Source: Macrostomum hystrix (taxonomy: Eukaryota; Animalia; Platyhelminthes). From it: DNA of 64,000 nt. The DNA is taken from NCBI GenBank assembly GCA_950097015.1, contig CATNEN010000001.1:14136001-14200000 (forward strand). Reading direction: 5' to 3'. The translations under genes were made by a program, and so were the position numbers. The notes below the pieces were generated by a model, which did not search any database, had not been told where the DNA came from, and worked only from the letters and a program-made list of their open reading frames with translations. Below are positions 51,805 to 62,589 of this stretch, one piece after another. Each line of letters opens with the position of its first letter. Positions within the stretch are counted from its first letter, which is position 1.

Positions 51805-52405
51805 TAGGGTGAGAGGTGGAGTGAGCGAAAGAGTGAGAGGAAGAGTGAGAGGAAGAGTGAGAGGTGCAGTGAAAGGTGGAGTGAGAGGTGGAGTGAGACG
51901 AAGAGTGAGAGGTGGAGTGCGAGAAAGAGTGAGAGGTGGAGTGGGAGAAAGATTGAGAGGTGGAGTGAGAGGAAGAGTGAAATGTGGAGTGACAGGTAGA
52001 GTGAAAGGTGGAGTGAGAAGTAGAGTGAGAGGTGGAGTGAGAGGAAGAGTGAGAAGTAGAGTGAGAGGTGCAGTGAGAGGTGCAGTGAGAGGAAGAGTGA
52101 AAGGTGGAGTGGGAGAAAGAGTGAGAGGAAGAGTGAAAGGTGGAGTGACAGGTAGAGTGAAAGGTGGAGTGAGAAGTAGAGTGAAAGGTGGAGTGAGAGG
52201 AAGAGTCAGAGGTGGAGTGAGAAGTAGAGTGAGAGAAAGAGTGAGAGGTGCAGTGAGAGGAAGAGTGAGAGGTAGAGTGAGAGGAAGAGTGAGAGGTGCA
52301 GTGAGAGGAAGAGTGAGAGGTAGAGTGAGAGGAAGAGTGAGAGGTGCAGTGAGAGGAAGAGTGAGAGGTAGAGTGAGAGGTGGTGTGACAGGTAGAGTGA
52401 GAGGT
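51805..52405. repeat. 12-bp purine-rich minisatellite (~50 units), paralog of 29424-29815; also at ~47827-47935 inverted
   Basis: (gagtgagaggtg / gagtgagaggaa)n; source of the RG-rich and HSTS ORFs. Confidence 0.93.
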
Positions 52406-52723
52406 TTGATAAATTATAATTTTGCACAACTTCCCAGACTAAAAACCTCGCCGTCCCTGATGTTGAACCCATCTGCAACGTCGATTTGTCCTTCACCGAC
52501 AGCGAGGAAGAGGGCGAAGAAGGCAAGTCACGAGTGGATCAATCGCTTCGCATCGCCCTAGCCGTATGTGGATTAGAGGTACGTCAACTAATAGCGATTG
52601 GTGTGGCTGTATAAAATTGATTTAGGAGCCCAAGTTTCTCTTTGCGTAATTGTCTCTCTTTGGGGAATTTAGATTCTAAAAGGGGAGATTTCGATTTAGA
52701 CGGACGAGAAAGCAAATTAAAAC

Positions 52724-53290
52724 ATGTTTAACTACACCCCGCAGCCTGAGCCTGTGCCAACCGTTGAGACGAGGCCGGCTCGGAGGCTGAGCCGGTCTAC
52801 CATTAATTATCGTCCCCCGACAACCACTAAAGATATTACGGAACGCGTTCTGGGCATCAACGGAAAGACGGACACCGCGATCGCCGTTGCACCTGCGGGC
52901 GTGAAGGGACTGGGCGCCTTTGCGAAAATCAACCTAGCTGCCGGGGCTTATGTCGACGAGTTCGCCGGCATCCTGCTGAACGAGCAGGAAGCGATTCGGC
53001 GTGAAGTTGAACCCAACTCTGACTGGCTTCTATTTGAATTTAAATTTAACGGTAAATTATCGGTAGTTGACGCCAGCAACAGCGATGGATTTGGGAGGTA
53101 TCTAAATCATTCTGCTACTGCTCCCAACTGTAAAGCGAAGTTAATTATCATCAACCAGGGGCTCCGACCCGTCGTTTATTTTGTGACAACCCAATATGTT
53201 CCAGCCGGCACAGAACTTACGTTCGACTACACGGCTGGTAAAAAAATTGATAGTGACATTTTTGTTAAGAACCCATGGCTGCGAGATTAG
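52724..53290 (+). CDS. SET-domain lysine methyltransferase, KMT5A/SETD8-like, copy 2
   Basis: Same length and motifs as 30132-30698 with ~14 amino-acid differences. The shared flank runs 29303-30720 versus 51686-53310. Confidence 0.88.
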   Translation: MFNYTPQPEPVPTVETRPARRLSRSTINYRPPTTTKDITERVLGINGKTDTAIAVAPAGVKGLGAFAKINLAAGAYVDEFAGILLNEQEAIRREVEPNSDWLLFEFKFNGKLSVVDASNSDGFGRYLNHSATAPNCKAKLIIINQGLRPVVYFVTTQYVPAGTELTFDYTAGKKIDSDIFVKNPWLRD

Positions 53291-54800
53291 GTATACAAAC
53301 AAGTTTCTATGATACATGACAATGATACAATGACAATGATACAATTACAATGACTCAGACTCAGAATGACTCGGATTGTCCGATTCTCAGTTGCGTTACG
53401 TCACTCACGAAAACTATTTTTTCTTACGGATATGTTTTCTGTTTTCTCGTGTTTTCTCATATTGCCCATGCATGACGTATCATCTGTAATTAAACCTTGA
53501 TTTTGAAGACATGTAATTAAGACAGACTGTATCCTATAAAAGTATGAGATAACTACAAGTACTTATAAATGTTATATAAATGCTACTTATAAATACTATA
53601 AATAAACTAATTGTTGCTGCACATTATTTCATAAACTAAAACAAACAAAACAAAAAGATTATTCAACCTTGTTGTGAGCGCAGCCGTGGAACTCCATTGA
53701 CATGACATGGAGTACGTGAAGGTCGCTGTCGTTATCTAACCTGCTAAACTCGGCCAGATACAGCTCGCCGGGATGCTGGGCCAACTGCTACTCGACGCTG
53801 AGTAGCTGACTGAATTAGAATAGACACTAATATCAATGTCATCCGCAGCTTCCGTTTCTTGACACGCCTGACCGTGTACCAGGCGTCAGGTGTTCATGGA
53901 GAACGTCTGAAAAAAATATGGAATGTTTCAGACCCAATTTACATATTTATCATTTGTCTATAACGATTGCCTATAATCAGATGGGAAGCATGCGAATCTT
54001 TTAAGTGAGCTAGCTTAAGGGTCGGAGTGTAAATGTTAGTGGCAGCTTAGTATAAATGTTAGTAGAAATGAAAAAAATGTTCTTTCGCTACGAATTGTAG
54101 CAAAGCAGGCAAGCAAAGCAAGTGAGCAAGTGCAGGAACACGAAGCAAGGAGTGCTCGATAAATATGTTGGTTATCATGCTAAGCTAAAGCTAAGAAGCT
54201 AAACATTTAGGCTGTGCATCAAGCTAATAAATAAATATGAGTGAAATAAAGGAAGACAACAAGCAAAGATGTATTCCAAAATATTCCTAATATAATCCTT
54301 GTCGAATATAATGAAAGGATCGACTCCTTTCATTTGAAATGCGTCTGAAATGACGAAGCGGGAGGTTTCGAGGTGTGTTAGCAGCTTGTTATTGGACAGC
54401 ATGAATGTGGAGTGAGGGGTTTGTCTTCGTACGCAGTTGCTATCTGCTTCTTTAAATTTGCAGATAAACTTGCTATAAAGCTTGGAGGATGGCTCATGCA
54501 ATTTTCTGGTTAAACACGAACACGACAAGACACGACATATGACATTATGGCTACAATCATATTGAATGTGAGTACATTTTGCTACGTTGTAATATTGCAC
54601 TAGCATTGTAGTGTGACAATCGCATATTGATAAATGGTGCTATAATGGCTAAAAGTAAATATTGTTTTACCAGAGTCAATATAAACTTACACCTGCAAAC
54701 GGGTATAATTTTACTACTAGCGCTTATTTAAAGAAGTAACGATAAGGATTAAGAAATAAGGAATAAAGGTATCACATATAGGTAGCTTAGACAAACCTTT

Positions 54801-54958
54801 TTATTTCTTAGCCGGTGGGGGAGGGCACTGGGGCCTCGGCGGCGTGAAGTTAGTGGCCGCCCCAGCCCCTCCCTTCTCCTTCCACCACTGCACTCTTGTG
54901 CCTACCGTGGTGGGCAGCAGCTTCCAAGGGCTGCTCGGAGTCGGAGTTACAGTCTGCA

Positions 54959-55009
<51 letters not shown>

Positions 55010-55019
55010 TACTATCCAT
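54801..55019 (-). CDS. polyQ/WWK microprotein family, copy 3 (72 aa)
   Basis: MDSK-Qn-LQTVTPTPSSPWKLLPTTVGTRVQWWKEKGGAGAATNFTPPRPQCPPPPAKK*. Confidence 0.62.
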
Positions 55020-56481
55020 ATTGTCTATATTAACTAGATAATCTATAAGTAGCTGCAAACTAGAAATCAAATCAGGCTGCGACAAAGACTAGCCAATTGT
55101 GAGATCTATTGCGACCTAAGTTCTCTCAGTAACTATGCAAAGCAAGTAGTAGTAAGCAAAGTAGAATCTCCGAATTCTCTGAAAATTAAAAAGTAAATAA
55201 GTAAAAGTAAAGGTATTGCAAAATTCGAAGTGAATATGAGTAAAATAAGTGTTTTTAAAAGGTGTTTAAAATGTTCCAATGGAGTTAAGGTAGTTAAAAG
55301 GATGGTAAAAGTGTATAGCTTGGTTTCACTAGCTAGAGAAACCTAGCTTTTAGCTCAATGCTCCTGAGCTGCAGCTCATTGCTCATGGATGATGTCAGAG
55401 GCAATTCAGATGAAAGCTTGAAAGAAAAGTGAAATGTGGCTACAAATAATTGAAAAGCCTGAAAGGAATTTAGGATTTAAGAAAGTGAAAGCAGTTAAAA
55501 GGATGGTAAAAACTTAGCAAACTGCAGTGAGGCTTAGTACATCTTAACTGGTCCTTATCACACAAGCTGGAATGGTGGCTTTGCTTGCTATCTTCAGGCT
55601 GGCATCTGAGAACTGGTAAGGCTTGGCTAATCATTTGTTGTAAAGTGTTTGCTAGATACCCAACCCAAAATTGTTGGTTAGCTCCTGCAAAGCAATAACA
55701 ATTGATCCCAGTGTACACTAGAGTTATTTGGTCTGGTACAGGTATATAACTTTGCTATGAAATTTCCTTATAATGACTATTTATTTATCAACTTTATTTT
55801 ACCAGGTCTTTATCACACTGGCTCACTAGCTGGAATTGTGGCATCTGGCTGTCTTCACTCTCATGGCATAGCTAAGGGCATATGAGAACTAATCACATAT
55901 GATTAAAGGCTGTGGTAAGTGCTTAAGTACATAATCATTTTTAGTGTTAGCCCAACCCAGCCCAAGATACCCAGTGTTGTATCAAGGCTTAGTTCATTTC
56001 ATTGTTTAAAACTTTTTATCTGGGGGATTATCACCAATCTGGGATTGTCCCAAACTGAGGATCTGGGATTGTCACCAAACTGAGGATCTGGGATAATTGT
56101 CATTAAACTCAACTTTAAATTTTTATATATTGTTGTATCATTGTATCGTTGTATCGTATCAATGTTGTATCATTGTTGTTGTGTTGTATCAGTGTTGTAT
56201 CAAGGCTTAGTTCATTTCATTGTTTAAAACTTTTTATCTGGGGGATTATCACCAATCTGGGATTGTCCCAAACTGAGGATCTGGGATAATTGTCATTAAA
56301 CTGAGCTTTAAATTTTTATATATTGTTGTATCATTGTATCGTTGTATCGTATCAATGTTGTATCATTGTTGTTGTGTTGTATCAGTGTTGTATCAAGACT
56401 TAGTTCATTTAATTGCTTAAATTTTTTAAATTTACTAATACAAACCATTAAATAAATAAATAATTAAATAAATATATGCTC

Positions 56482-56582
56482 TTGACTTACTTGACTTAGC
56501 GGCAGGGAGCCTCCATGACGGACGCAGCGAGGAGGCGGCCGGTGCCGCCCATATCAGAAGCTTAGACTTAGAAGCTTATCGG
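56482..56582 (-). mobile_element. ~100-bp 3' end of an (AAGTC)n-tailed LINE with 11-bp TSD
   Basis: The reverse complement resembles the 3' UTR at 43085-43148. TSD AATATATGCTC at 56471-56481 and 56583-56593. The paralogous empty site is at ~40607. Confidence 0.75.
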
Positions 56583-56814
56583 AATATATGCTCAGTTAAA
56601 GAGTGACTATAATAAGCATGCCAAACTTTATCGGGTCGGATTCAATTGAAAATCTATCTAGAAATGATTTCCTACACGACTGAGTTGGTTTCTATTCTCA
56701 AATGATTTCCACTCGAACTTATTAACCTGGAAAGTCACCTAGAAAATTTTATCTTGACTCTGACTATGTCAGTACTATATGGCTGTCGTCGGTGTCCCAA
56801 TAGATTTGAGCACA

Positions 56815-57422
56815 TGATGTGGAGTGTGCTGCGGGAATCGAGTGGGAGTGTGAGCCAGCATAATTTTTCAAATTTTTAAGTGTCTAATAATTGCGACCCA
56901 CATAGCAGCTGGCCGCAAACACGATCATTAATCTTAGGGCCGGGTTTGGGGCGGCGGTGAATTAAGTAGCCGTCGAATCCCTTCTCCCTGGATCTGTCTA
57001 GACCCCTGTAGGAATGACTGATCGCGGCCATAGCTTTTATTGTATGAGTAGTTTAGGTCATAATTCTCCTCCAAACCGCGATCAGATATAGGGGATCACT
57101 CGGGCGTTATGAGTGATCATTAATTCTTCATGTCCCCTCTTCTTTACAGTATTCGAGCCCAGCTCGACTTTATGACCTCCCTCCTTTAGATACATGTAAA
57201 TGTCACTGTAGGCAGGTCGGCGCCTGCGCTTCCCATTGTCCCGGCGGAGTAACAATCGCTGGCTGACTGCCGACGGCTGTTCGCGCAGAACATCTGTCGT
57301 TTCCCGCCGCCGGTTCATTGGGCAATTGGGGCGGCAATCGCCGCTTCAATTCCTCGATGACAGGCTGGCGCGAATGTGGGTTGCTTTGATGGATGTCGGG
57401 GTTGGCGTGCTGCAAGGCCTAT
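56815..57422 (+). repeat. 5' LTR (minimum extent; true 3' end and PBS not resolved)
   Basis: Matches 63502-64000 (few substitutions, one ~13-bp indel) and 28602-29210. TATA-like TATTTAA at ~57420. Confidence 0.85.
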
Positions 57423-58146
57423 TTAAGCAAGCGCGCTGCGCTGCTCCCTAGAGGACCTCTTTTCTCCCACCGGCTCTTCCCCTTCTCCCTGCCGGTTTAC
57501 TTTTGCCGGGCCGGACTCCCACCGGACCCAGAGCACCTTTCCGGACCCACTTAGGGCCTAGACCCTAGAGCTCATAGCTCCACAGTTAGCGCGGGCCCAT
57601 TGCCTGCCCCCATTCCCCCTGAGCGCGAGCCACCTCTTTAGGTGAGCCGTTAAATTGAGCCTTGAGCTCCAAGCGTGTGGGCCCCTTTGGGGATCGGGGA
57701 TTAGCCTTCTTTGAGTAACTTATTGAAGTCGTGTACTTTCCAAGGTAGGGCGATAGGCTGCTGCAGGCGCTGCCAGCAGTAGTACTGGCCCCGCCGTACC
57801 TATAGTGTAACAGTTCGCTATGGGGTTGCTGAATGAGTGCTGGTTAAAACCTAGACTCCTATGTCCCAAGTTCGAGTGCGCGCAAGCAGTTGTCGGAAGC
57901 CAAGGCCGAAGGTAGAGCTAGCCAGGGCCCCGGGCCCTTTTTCTCCCCTATCAGTTTTCCCTTATCGCTTTATCGGCCGCTGCATCGCAGTCTTTGTTCA
58001 CGAGGGCCGGTTTATCAATTGCTCATTCTCCGCGGCCACTGCCGTGTGCAGCACCCCGCTTAGCCCACTTTTTCTCATCCCCAGTGTTGCTTTAGCGACT
58101 AACCCCCTCTTAATTCGCAAAATCCTCATTTCCTCTTTTGGTCGAC

Positions 58147-59220
58147 ATGTCCGACCAGGAGGATGAGGTGGTGGAGGCCGTTGGCAATGCCCGCCCACCC
58201 AGAGGCCGCGCTGCAGCAGCAGCGCGAGCCGAACCCCCAGCAACTGCGGCAGCCCAGCCGGAAGACCCAGTGGAGCGCCTAGCCTCCCTGATGGAGCGTT
58301 TAGAGCCGCGACGGGCTAGGACCCACCGAGTAAAAATTGCTCTAGAGCCGTTCGAGTCGGCGAAGGACTCATTTCCCCGCTGGCTGCGCCGGTTTAATTT
58401 GAAGGTCGAGGCCGAGGGTCTGGAGACGGATGAGGAGAAAATCCTCACTCTCCTGGCCCACCTAGGAGGCGAACCCTTGACCCAGGCCATGAGCCTACCG
58501 CGCCGAGTGACCTACCCGCGGTTTGTGCAAGACCTGACCGAGGCCCTCAGCGGCGCCTGCACACCCTATGCCCGGCTCCTTAGCGGGCGAAATCTTAAGC
58601 AGGACAGAGGCGAGTCATACGCCTCGTTCGCTGACCGCCTGCGATCTGTGGCCACCCAGGTCAATCCCAATGGGCGCGGCCCACCTTTTGAACAAGCCCT
58701 CCTGGCCTCCTTCCTAGAAGGTATCACGGCCCCCCCGGAGGTGTTGGCGCCCATGATGCGGATAGAATTCGCCACGGTAGAGGCGGCTGCCGCTGAGCTG
58801 CGCGCCGCCACCCAGGCGTTTGAAATGGCCGCTGAACGCGACCCCCGTCGCCGAGTGCGCCAGGTCCGGGCAGGGCTAGACGAGGCGCAAGAACCCCCCG
58901 GCGAGATTCAGGCAGTCCGCCGTGAGCAGCAGCACTTGGCCCAGGAACTGGCCAAAGTTTCCCAACAGCTCGCGGAAGTCACGCGGCAGCTGCGAGAACC
59001 ACGACCAACCCCGGCCCACCCGCCTTGTCCGCACCCGTCCGGGCACCAGTGGTATCTCAGGGTAGAGAGGGGGCCGCGCAGGAAGTACCGTGGGGGCTCT
59101 GCCGCGGGAAACGGGAGTGGGGCCGCCGACTGGAGGCAGCTCGATTATCCGGAGGCGCCTCAGGCAGCTCGGGCGGTCGAGGCCCCCCCGTTGATGCCGC
59201 CCTCATCGAAGTCCGAGTGA
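58147..59220 (+). CDS. gag: Gag (Ty3/gypsy-like capsid)
   Basis: LEPF…FPRWLRRF, LLAHLGGE, MHR-like LKQDRGESYASFADRLR, FLEGI; coiled coil; degenerate knuckle CPHPSGHQW. Confidence 0.88.
   Translation: MSDQEDEVVEAVGNARPPRGRAAAAARAEPPATAAAQPEDPVERLASLMERLEPRRARTHRVKIALEPFESAKDSFPRWLRRFNLKVEAEGLETDEEKILTLLAHLGGEPLTQAMSLPRRVTYPRFVQDLTEALSGACTPYARLLSGRNLKQDRGESYASFADRLRSVATQVNPNGRGPPFEQALLASFLEGITAPPEVLAPMMRIEFATVEAAAAELRAATQAFEMAAERDPRRRVRQVRAGLDEAQEPPGEIQAVRREQQHLAQELAKVSQQLAEVTRQLREPRPTPAHPPCPHPSGHQWYLRVERGPRRKYRGGSAAGNGSGAADWRQLDYPEAPQAARAVEAPPLMPPSSKSE
59106..59190 (+). promoter_or_regulatory. Programmed -1 ribosomal frameshift signal (G GGA AAC plus downstream GC-rich stem)
   Basis: Heptamer in correct gag phase (GCG GGA AAC). 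GGGGCC…CGAC about 6 nt downstream can pair with GTCG…GGCCCC. The protease ORF is in the -1 frame. Confidence 0.8.
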
Positions 59221-59651
59221 ATTCACTCGGCCGAGTCCCCACCCGAGTGCGCACCCGCCCCAACCGCTCTGAGGAGCTTAGTGAGGTGTGGGTCGCCTTG
59301 GAGTTGGACGGAGCACCCCTTGGCCTCCTGATCGACACTGGGTCAATGGTGAATGTGCTCCCGGGCTCGTTGTCATCCATCATCTCCCATTGTCATTTCG
59401 ACCCCCCTCAATTCTCTTTATTAGCATATAATGGCACCCCTATAATTGCACAGGCGCAAGTCAAGGTCAAGTTACAGGTTGGCGCCGAAGCGTTGGACAC
59501 GCTGTTCTTAGTGGTCGAGGGCGACTGCTCTCCCCTTCTAGGCGCCTCCTGGTTGGCTCATCACCATGCCATCCTTGACTTCGACTCGCGCCCATTAATC
59601 ATTTACAACCAGTCCATTCCCTTCTCGCTCAGGCGGAAGCCTGCATTTTAG
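59112..59651 (+). CDS. Retropepsin-like aspartic protease (Gag-Pro frameshift product)
   Basis: LLIDTGSMVNVLP, LLAYNGTPI, FLVVEG, PLLGASWL; stops at 59651 with no RT following. Confidence 0.9.
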   Translation, partial: REWGRRLEAARLSGGASGSSGGRGPPVDAALIEVRVNSLGRVPTRVRTRPNRSEELSEVWVALELDGAPLGLLIDTGSMVNVLPGSLSSIISHCHFDPPQFSLLAYNGTPIIAQAQVKVKLQVGAEALDTLFLVVEGDCSPLLGASWLAHHHAILDFDSRPLIIYNQSIPFSLRRKPAF

Positions 59652-59797
59652 GTTGGGTAAGAGGGTGGCGAGAAACCTCCTCACCTCCCTTCTCTCTCCC
59701 TTTTTCCCCCCCTTGCGACTATTTAGACTAGAGGCTAGAGGAGGAGCCGGGGAGTTTAGGAAGAATATAGTCGGTTAGCACTAACAAAATAGTTGTC

Positions 59798-60343
59798 ATG
59801 GCTGGCCTGAGTATAACTGTAGCCTGGTGGCTAGAGGCAGTCGCCACCGACTATCGGCGAGAGTTGGCCGGCAAGAGGACGTGGCTCATGATCCGCCTGT
59901 GGCTACTCCCTGCGTTGGGCCGCGCGGCACAGGCCAGGTGGATGGCGCAGGCATGGGCCGAAGAGCGGGACCCGAGCCCGCCAAAAGGTGAGAACGAGGA
60001 GACCCTGCCTTGGAATCTCCGGTGGCCCGAATACAGCCCGCCAGAAGACTGGGGCATGGCAGTGCCCGAAGCCCTCATGTCCTGGCTACAGGCTACCCGG
60101 ATCCCTGGCAGGTGGGATCTCGAGCACCAGCTGGTAACATCGCGGATTGGCGAAGCCGTCTGGAGGCAATCTTCCGGACTAGCCTCTACGCCATGGAGAA
60201 GCTGGGCGGTAGAGGCATCAACCATCGAGGAGACGCCGCCAGGGGACAGTACGCTCGGCCACATGGTGAGACAGATGGAAGGTGAAGGTGTTAGCGAGGA
60301 TCCAGCAGAAAGTACGCCCATCAAGGAGGAGGCAGAAGAATAA
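59798..60343 (+). CDS. Orphan Trp-rich 181-aa ORF with acidic tail inside the LTR element
   Basis: GC-rich open frame with ATG in good context (GTCATGG), set in AT/pyrimidine-rich flanks. No recognisable domain. Confidence 0.55.
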   Translation: MAGLSITVAWWLEAVATDYRRELAGKRTWLMIRLWLLPALGRAAQARWMAQAWAEERDPSPPKGENEETLPWNLRWPEYSPPEDWGMAVPEALMSWLQATRIPGRWDLEHQLVTSRIGEAVWRQSSGLASTPWRSWAVEASTIEETPPGDSTLGHMVRQMEGEGVSEDPAESTPIKEEAEE

Positions 60344-61511
60344 GGGAACGCAAGGTAGGATCAATTGAGGCGGACCGCAGGACTGTATTAATAGGACCCC
60401 TATCCAATAGGCCCCTGTTCTCTGTCCCCCCCTTGTCCTTTTCCCTTTTTTTCTCCCCGTTAATAACTTTTCGCACCGCGCACTCTTTCTCGTAGTGTTG
60501 TGTTTTCCTTTTTCATTAAAGCCATCTTGGTGCCAAAATTCTGCCTAAAAAATTATTATAATCTAGCCAAAACCACAAAAACATACGTAATGGGGTGAAA
60601 TTCCCCTTGTACGATTTTCGCATGAGATGTTTTCAATAATTGTAGCAAACTAGGAAGTGCACCTTCTTTTCTCAAACATTTAACATTTTTCGCACTGCAT
60701 TATGCATGGCACCCTTCTTTATCCTTTTTGCTTCGGGTGGGTCTGTGGGGTGCATCTCGGGCCGATTTCTATTTTAGGAGGGATACCAACCCGCTAAAGT
60801 GAGCGGGGTGGTATGATGGGCACTCTAAGTTTGGAATGGGGTGGGTGTCTGAACAAGGAACTGTCAGGTTTTTAGCTCAGGTTGAGAGAAGTTTTCTTAT
60901 TGGTTTAGAAGGCAGTGGGTTCAAATGGTGTTTTCCTTTTCTAAGGGAAGTGAGAAATGAATGAGGGGGCACAGTTAAAAGAAAAGGGTTGTTTACGCAG
61001 ATGAGTCAACTAGACTGCGGGCACCTAAGCAAGGCTTTTTGTTGTAAACTTTCGAAATGATTCTATATATCCACCTTACTATTATTGTGGGAACGCACTT
61101 TAGTGGCAGATTTGGAATGATGTCTTGTCCTTTAGAATTTTCTAAGAACGAGTAGCACAATTGTCAGAAAGAGCTCACAAGGAGCATCACGTAAGAAACA
61201 CATCATTCGTTTTCGCACGGGATAAGTGTATTTTATTATAGCAACATTGATAAACAAATAAACAAGAAGGTAGGGCTATGCAAGGAGAGGACGCTCTGGG
61301 GGCCATCTTATCCTCCTGGTCAGTCTAGTACATAAATGCGGTCTGTTACGCGCTTAATATGTACTATGTTAAGTGAGAATGATGTGACATACAGTCTTTA
61401 CGAACACATAGCAGAATAACACGTTCAGGCACCGGACTGGCGCTGCATGGGAGACAGGTGTCATAAGTTCACGGGAATAAAACGTCCTGCTGTGTACTTG
61501 CACTGTATCCA

Positions 61512-62589
61512 CTAGTGTTGGCGGGCCAACCAGAAAACGCCGACGGCTGCCATCAGGCCAGCCGCGAGGGCGAGGCCACCCGGGCCAGTTGCAAAGTTGT
61601 TGATTAGAGTACAAATGGCCGCCTCCTGGCCTGGAGCCACTTCAATATCTGTGGAAGGTGGAATAGGGTTTCGTTTCATTACGAAGTAAGAGTGTCAAAT
61701 GGTGGCCAATTAGGAGTAAGGTGTAGGATCGAGTCACGGCAACTTACTGATGGCGAACACAATGCGCAACGGTGGCTGCGGCACGACATCTCTGGAAGTA
61801 GGAGGGCAGGTATCGTAGTGCTCAACAACAATGATAGCCACTCCACGCAATGGTTAAAATTTAAACTCAATTTAATTCGAACTTAGGTTTTCACTGGAAT
61901 TTCTCAACTTAGCGGGCTGAGGGATCTGGGTTCAGGTTAAGATCAATCATAGATCGGAATCGGGCTGGGGGTGCCGGGAACAGCGATTAATCTAGATCAG
62001 GCCAGCCGCGAGGGCGAGGCCACCCGGGCCAGTTGCAAAGTTGTTGATTAGAGTACAAATGGCCGCCTCCTGGCCTGGAGCCACTTCAATATCTGTGGAA
62101 GGTGGAATAGGGTTTCGTTTCATTACGAAGTAAGAGTGTCAAATGGTGGCCAATTAGGAGTAAGGTGTAGGATCGAGTCACGGCAACTTACTGATGGCGA
62201 ACACAATGCGCAACGGTGGCTGCGGCACGACATCTCTGGAAGTAGGAGGGCAGGTATCGTAGTGCTCAACAACAATGATAGCCACTCCACGCAATGGTTA
62301 AAATTTAAACTCAATTTAATTCGAACTTAGGTTTTCACTGGAATTTCTCAACTTAGCGGGCTGAGGGATCTGGGTTCAGGTTAAGATCAATCATAGATCG
62401 GAATCGGGCTGGGGGTGCCGGGAACAGCGATTAATCTAGATGGCCTAGTTATTATTCAATCATTTTAATCACCCCTCAATAACCGGCCTTGGAAGGCCGA
62501 GTAGAAGCAATAACTCACCTTTCTTCTCCAGGCTGAATCGAGGACTGAGTCTCGCATAATGGCACGAATGGGCGAGTAGCGTTAAGCAT
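61512..62589 (-). CDS. Predicted antisense 3-exon gene inside the LTR element; 83-aa protein with C-terminal hydrophobic anchor (exons 62589-62519, 62235-62192 or 61791-61748, 61648-61512)
   Basis: ACCATG start; AG|gtgagt…cctacttccag|A; A|gtaagt…ttccacag|AT; phases 2 and 1 are consistent. CCAAT at 62732, TATAAAAA at 62694-62687 and AATAAA at 61237-61232 on the minus strand. Confidence 0.62.
61553..62440. repeat. 444-bp tandem duplication, apparently identical copies
   Basis: atcaggccagccgcgagg…gcgattaatctag twice; identical ORFs at 61679/62123 and 61692/62136. Confidence 0.95.

Noticed and set aside
51791-52561. 256-aa RG-rich ORF and antisense His/Ser-rich ORF
   Set aside because: Translations of a 12-bp minisatellite that varies freely between paralogous sites.
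57082-57318. MNRRRETT… ORF present three times
   Set aside because: It lies within the LTR, so recurrence is expected, and its frame differs in the diverged copy at 28975-29229.
61679-62330. Track ORFs 61679/62123 (-) and 61692/62136 (+), and a retrozyme-type hammerhead in the 444-bp repeat
   Set aside because: Non-ATG starts, better explained by the spliced model. CTGATGG does not match the CUGANGA core and the required stems are absent.
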